Positions 60,910-64,000 of a stretch of 64,000 nucleotides of DNA are shown here, piece by piece; within the stretch, counting starts at the first letter, position 1; each line of letters starts with the position of its first letter. The notes beneath the pieces were generated by a model. That model was not told where the DNA came from. It saw only the letters and a list, made by a program, of their open reading frames with translations, and did no database searches. Made by a program: the position numbers and the translations under genes. This stretch comes from an uncultured delta proteobacterium (GTDB lineage: Bacteria; Desulfobacterota; BSN033; UBA1163): contig CAWHBU010000002.1 of NCBI GenBank assembly GCA_963827685.1, positions 1,024,001 through 1,088,000 of the forward strand, in the 5' to 3' direction.

Positions 60910-61872
60910 ATGTTTATCAATACATGGGATCAAAAGAAGCGTTCGATGTGCCGTTTTGGTTTTGCAATCATAGCGGCAGCGATGATGTTAGCTGGATTTT
61001 ATCAGAGTGGTTTTGCAGCAGAGGCTAAGCAAAAAAGTTTCAAATCTCCTGAAGAGGCCGTTAAAGCGCTGGTTGGTGCGGTGAAGGGAAATGATACAAA
61101 GGAATTACTGACGATCCTTGGTCCTGCAGGGAAAGAGCTTATTTTTTCTGGTGATGAGGTTGCCGATAAAGCAGGGAGAGATCGTTTTGTTAAGGCTTAT
61201 GAGGAAATGAACAAACTGGTGAGTGAGAATGACAAGAAAGTCATCCTCCATGTGGGAAATGAAGAATGGCCTTATCCACTTCCTGTTGTTAAGAAGGGTG
61301 AAAACTGGTTCTTCGATACAAAGGCAGGGAAGGAAGAGATCCTCAACCGCAGAATCGGCCGCAACGAACTCAATGCCATCCAGGTGTGTCTGGCCTATGT
61401 GGATGCACAGCGTGAATACATACTGAAGGACCGGGATGAAGACAAGTTACTGGAATACGCCCAGAGGTTTATCAGTAGAAAAGGGGAAAAGAATGGCCTT
61501 TACTGGGAGGCGAAAGAGGGAGAAGAACAAAGTCCTCTTGGTCCCTTAATCGCCAAGGCTGCCAAGGAGGGATACACTGGAAAGGAGCCCGGTGGAAAAC
61601 GAAACCCTTATCATGGATATTACTATAGGATTCTGAAGTCCCAGGGAAAGAATGCACCAGGAGGGGAATACGATTATGTAGCGAATGGCAAGATGATTGG
61701 CGGATTTGCCCTGGTTGCCTACCCTGCGGAATACGGTGACTCCGGAGTGATGACCTTTATCGTGAACCAGGATGGTGTGGTATACGAAAAGCATCTGGGT
61801 AAAGATACTGAGAAAATTGCAACGGCCATGAAGAAATTCGATCCAGACAAAACCTGGAAGAAAGTGGAATAA
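60910..61872 (+). CDS. DUF2950 family protein
   Basis: RRIGRNEL.AI, GLYW, SPLGPL, PYHGY.Y.IL, GGFALVAYPAEYG.SGVMTF. Confidence 0.92.
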   Translation: MFINTWDQKKRSMCRFGFAIIAAAMMLAGFYQSGFAAEAKQKSFKSPEEAVKALVGAVKGNDTKELLTILGPAGKELIFSGDEVADKAGRDRFVKAYEEMNKLVSENDKKVILHVGNEEWPYPLPVVKKGENWFFDTKAGKEEILNRRIGRNELNAIQVCLAYVDAQREYILKDRDEDKLLEYAQRFISRKGEKNGLYWEAKEGEEQSPLGPLIAKAAKEGYTGKEPGGKRNPYHGYYYRILKSQGKNAPGGEYDYVANGKMIGGFALVAYPAEYGDSGVMTFIVNQDGVVYEKHLGKDTEKIATAMKKFDPDKTWKKVE

Positions 61873-62225
61873 TCCTTTCAGAGAGTATTGTCTGCAATAT
61901 GCCGATTTTTCAATTTAGAATGGGGAAGGTTTTCCCCATTTTTTTTATCCATCCATCCTCTTTTCCGATTTAATTTTTCCTTATTGATTTCCATTAGCTA
62001 TTGTATTGCCTGACGAGATTCAAAAACAAGGATTACAGGAAGGAGTCCTCTTTTTGCAAATCCCGCTGGTCAAAAAAGCGTTAAGGCTTTCACCACAAGT
62101 CTTCACTCCGAGATAACTTTGAAAGCACCGATTACGGGGTGATCTTCAAGGCTGCAAAAATCGCCAGAAGCGGTAATAAGAACCTTACCCTTCACATAAT
62201 TCGTGGTGATTACCCATCAAGGGAG

Positions 62226-62741
62226 TTATTTGGGAGCGATACGTTCTTTTATGGGGAGACCCATTTCCTTAGTCCGGCCAAAAAGGTCGATATAAAGGAC
62301 CTTGGGTAGTCCGGCCGATTTTTCTTCGGATTTTATGTAGATTTTTTCAAGGATACTCTCCCTACCGTTGATGGAAACCATAGCTTTAAAAGAATCGTTC
62401 ATTCTTTCGACAACAATCTCCAAACCCTTAAGACCAGCCAGAATGACCTTGAACCGGTTCTTGTCGAGCTTCTCTTGACGAACAATTCCGTAAGCATACT
62501 CCCTCTCAATCAGATTAAGTTCCTCACGCCTGCCGTTTTCCAAAATCCAGTAAACATTAATGGGGCTTGGATCAGGAAGATCACTATTCTCTGATAGGCG
62601 GATGTCATACTGAACAAGGTTCTTGTTTTTACTCCGCTCAATAAAGAAAAGATGACTGGCTTTTTCCTCGGAAACAGCAAAAATCGACTGGGGGAAAAGG
62701 CTCAGGATTACTAACAATAAGACAATAACGAATGATCTCAT
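62226..62741 (-). CDS. DUF4833 family protein
   Basis: LFFIERSKN.N.V.YD, YW, L..IE..AYG. Confidence 0.8.
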   Translation of the reverse strand: MRSFVIVLLLVILSLFPQSIFAVSEEKASHLFFIERSKNKNLVQYDIRLSENSDLPDPSPINVYWILENGRREELNLIEREYAYGIVRQEKLDKNRFKVILAGLKGLEIVVERMNDSFKAMVSINGRESILEKIYIKSEEKSAGLPKVLYIDLFGRTKEMGLPIKERIAPK

Positions 62742-62989
62742 ACAATCCTCCTCCCAGTTTTCGCCCGATAAGGAATTATTTTCTTAGCTCTCTGCTTTTG
62801 GCACTTGCAACAGATTCAACCCGCAATCAATATTCCGATCCAGCCAAACCTCCATAGCTCTTGACACTAACGTTGAAGGCCCCTATCCGGATGGTCTGAT
62901 GCGGTCTTCTCTCCATCCAGACTCTTGCGGTATAAATTAAAAACCGGATTACCTGCTTAAGAAAGCCACGGTGATCCGGTTCGTCTATC

Positions 62990-63064
62990 CTCGGCAACCC
63001 GGCTATCCCATCGGGACCCGTGGCTTTCCGTCCCACGATTACTCGTGGTTTGGCTTTATCGGTA
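62990..63064 (-). ncRNA. c-di-GMP-I (GEMM) riboswitch
   Basis: AAAGCCAAACCACGAGTAATCGTGGGACGGAAAGCCACGGGTC..GATAGCCGGGTTGCCG; downstream CCGTGGCTTTC anti-stem. Confidence 0.9.
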
Positions 63065-63101
63065 GTCTCTTTTTAAGAAAATTGTCTTAAGTCAGCTATC
63101 A

Positions 63102-63116
63102 GCAATTTCAATGCCA
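63102..63116 (-). promoter_or_regulatory. sigma54 promoter for the riboswitch leader
   Basis: TGGCAT-TGAAA-TTGC. Confidence 0.75.
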
Positions 63117-63328
63117 ATGGACCTCTATCGCGGCAACCACTTGATTGTTAAAAGAATCATTAACGAATTAAGCTTAAATGAAAATAAAGGAAGTGACACT
63201 TCTTGTTACAGGGAGAAAAAAATTTGGTGATTACTCTCTAAGAGAATGGGGGGACATCCTATATTGCCCCTGTCAAGAGGGAAAAACAAAAAAATTCATC
63301 TTTTATAAAAACAGCAAGTTAGAAAGCC

Positions 63329-63451
63329 GTTGTTGATTAAGTTGAATAACCACTTTATCCTCTTCCCTTCTTCCTCCAACTCACTCCGCCTCCTCTCATT
63401 GTCAAGTTGTTTTAGAACCTGCATCCCCTAATCTCCCTATCTCGCGCGCCC
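63329..63451. repeat. 123-bp dispersed repeat, copy 2
   Basis: Aligns colinearly with 58447-58569. Confidence 0.8.
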
Positions 63452-63601
63452 AACCAAAAAGTTATTTAGGGGGATAAGATCGCTCCCGAAAGGCGGTCAC
63501 CTCTACCCCAGAGCAAATGTGCATAATTAAACGCAAAGATATCCGCTTGATTTCTTTAGACGCTATGACTATCTTTAAATCAGGAAACGGGGAATATTGA
63601 A

Positions 63602-63916
63602 ATGAAGGTGTTTAAAAGAATTTTTATCTTCACACTTATTGCTCTATGGGTAATGCTGGAGGCAAATGCATTGTTTTCACAGCAACACTATTCTACATTT
63701 ATAGGCACCGTAGTGGGAATTCAGGGAGGTTTTAGAAAGTGGTTAGATGTGAAAAGTAATAGGGACGAATTAATTGTCAATTTCAGGATTGGGAGAGATA
63801 CAATCTATACTCCCCGTAGATACCCTTATCCCGGGGAGAAGGTGAAGGTGGAATATTTACCAAACCGAGGGGTTGATGTAGCTTACAGAGTCACTGTCTT
63901 AGGAGGGCCAGAGTAA
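63602..63916 (+). CDS. Hypothetical exported OB-fold-like protein
   Basis: Signal peptide; G.VV..T.Y..GEKVKVEY. Confidence 0.65.
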   Translation: MKVFKRIFIFTLIALWVMLEANALFSQQHYSTFIGTVVGIQGGFRKWLDVKSNRDELIVNFRIGRDTIYTPRRYPYPGEKVKVEYLPNRGVDVAYRVTVLGGPE

Positions 63917-64000
63917 GAAGGCTCAAAGAAAAAGAGAGGAGATGAGAAGAGATGGAAAAAAAGAGGACCATCTGTCTATTTTTGTTTGCTGTTCTTATTC

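Noticed and set aside
62827-63036. 69-aa ORF
   Set aside because: Translation of the riboswitch leader

Overview
Chromosomal window from an anaerobic bacterium, most like a Desulfobacterota/deltaproteobacterial MAG (inferred from sigma54 promoters, a c-di-GMP-I riboswitch and BzdPQM). Bases 1-37200 are mostly housekeeping: Ni/Co uptake (DUF3842, cooT, cbiM, PDGLE), modEABC with a clear ModE box, mobB/moeA, an orphan bzdPQM activator module followed by a truncated mvhD, and a ~12 kb minus-strand cluster of sulfur-insertion genes (Rrf2, cysK, MA1821/22-type homocysteine genes, mnmA, larE, thiI-like, DUF2318, Cys-type thi4, DUF6775, bioB, ABC). That cluster contains an unexplained ~240-nt structured element. 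A low-GC type II R-M island, tilS, larC and an M1-M28 peptidase follow. From tRNA-Met (37233) to the end the region is accessory. Three cargo blocks (TA modules, a lipoprotein, a 12 kb acyl-CoA catabolic cluster) each end in a copy of the tRNA-Met 3' portion carrying the same 71-nt structured insert in the T-loop (5'-truncated in one copy). This is the top candidate for an undescribed system. A split tRNA-Glu-like locus, defence-like genes and small cassettes with shared boundary motifs follow. Three homopolymer frameshifts (modC, thiI-like, tilS) are probably sequencing errors. No integrase, CRISPR array or rRNA was seen.
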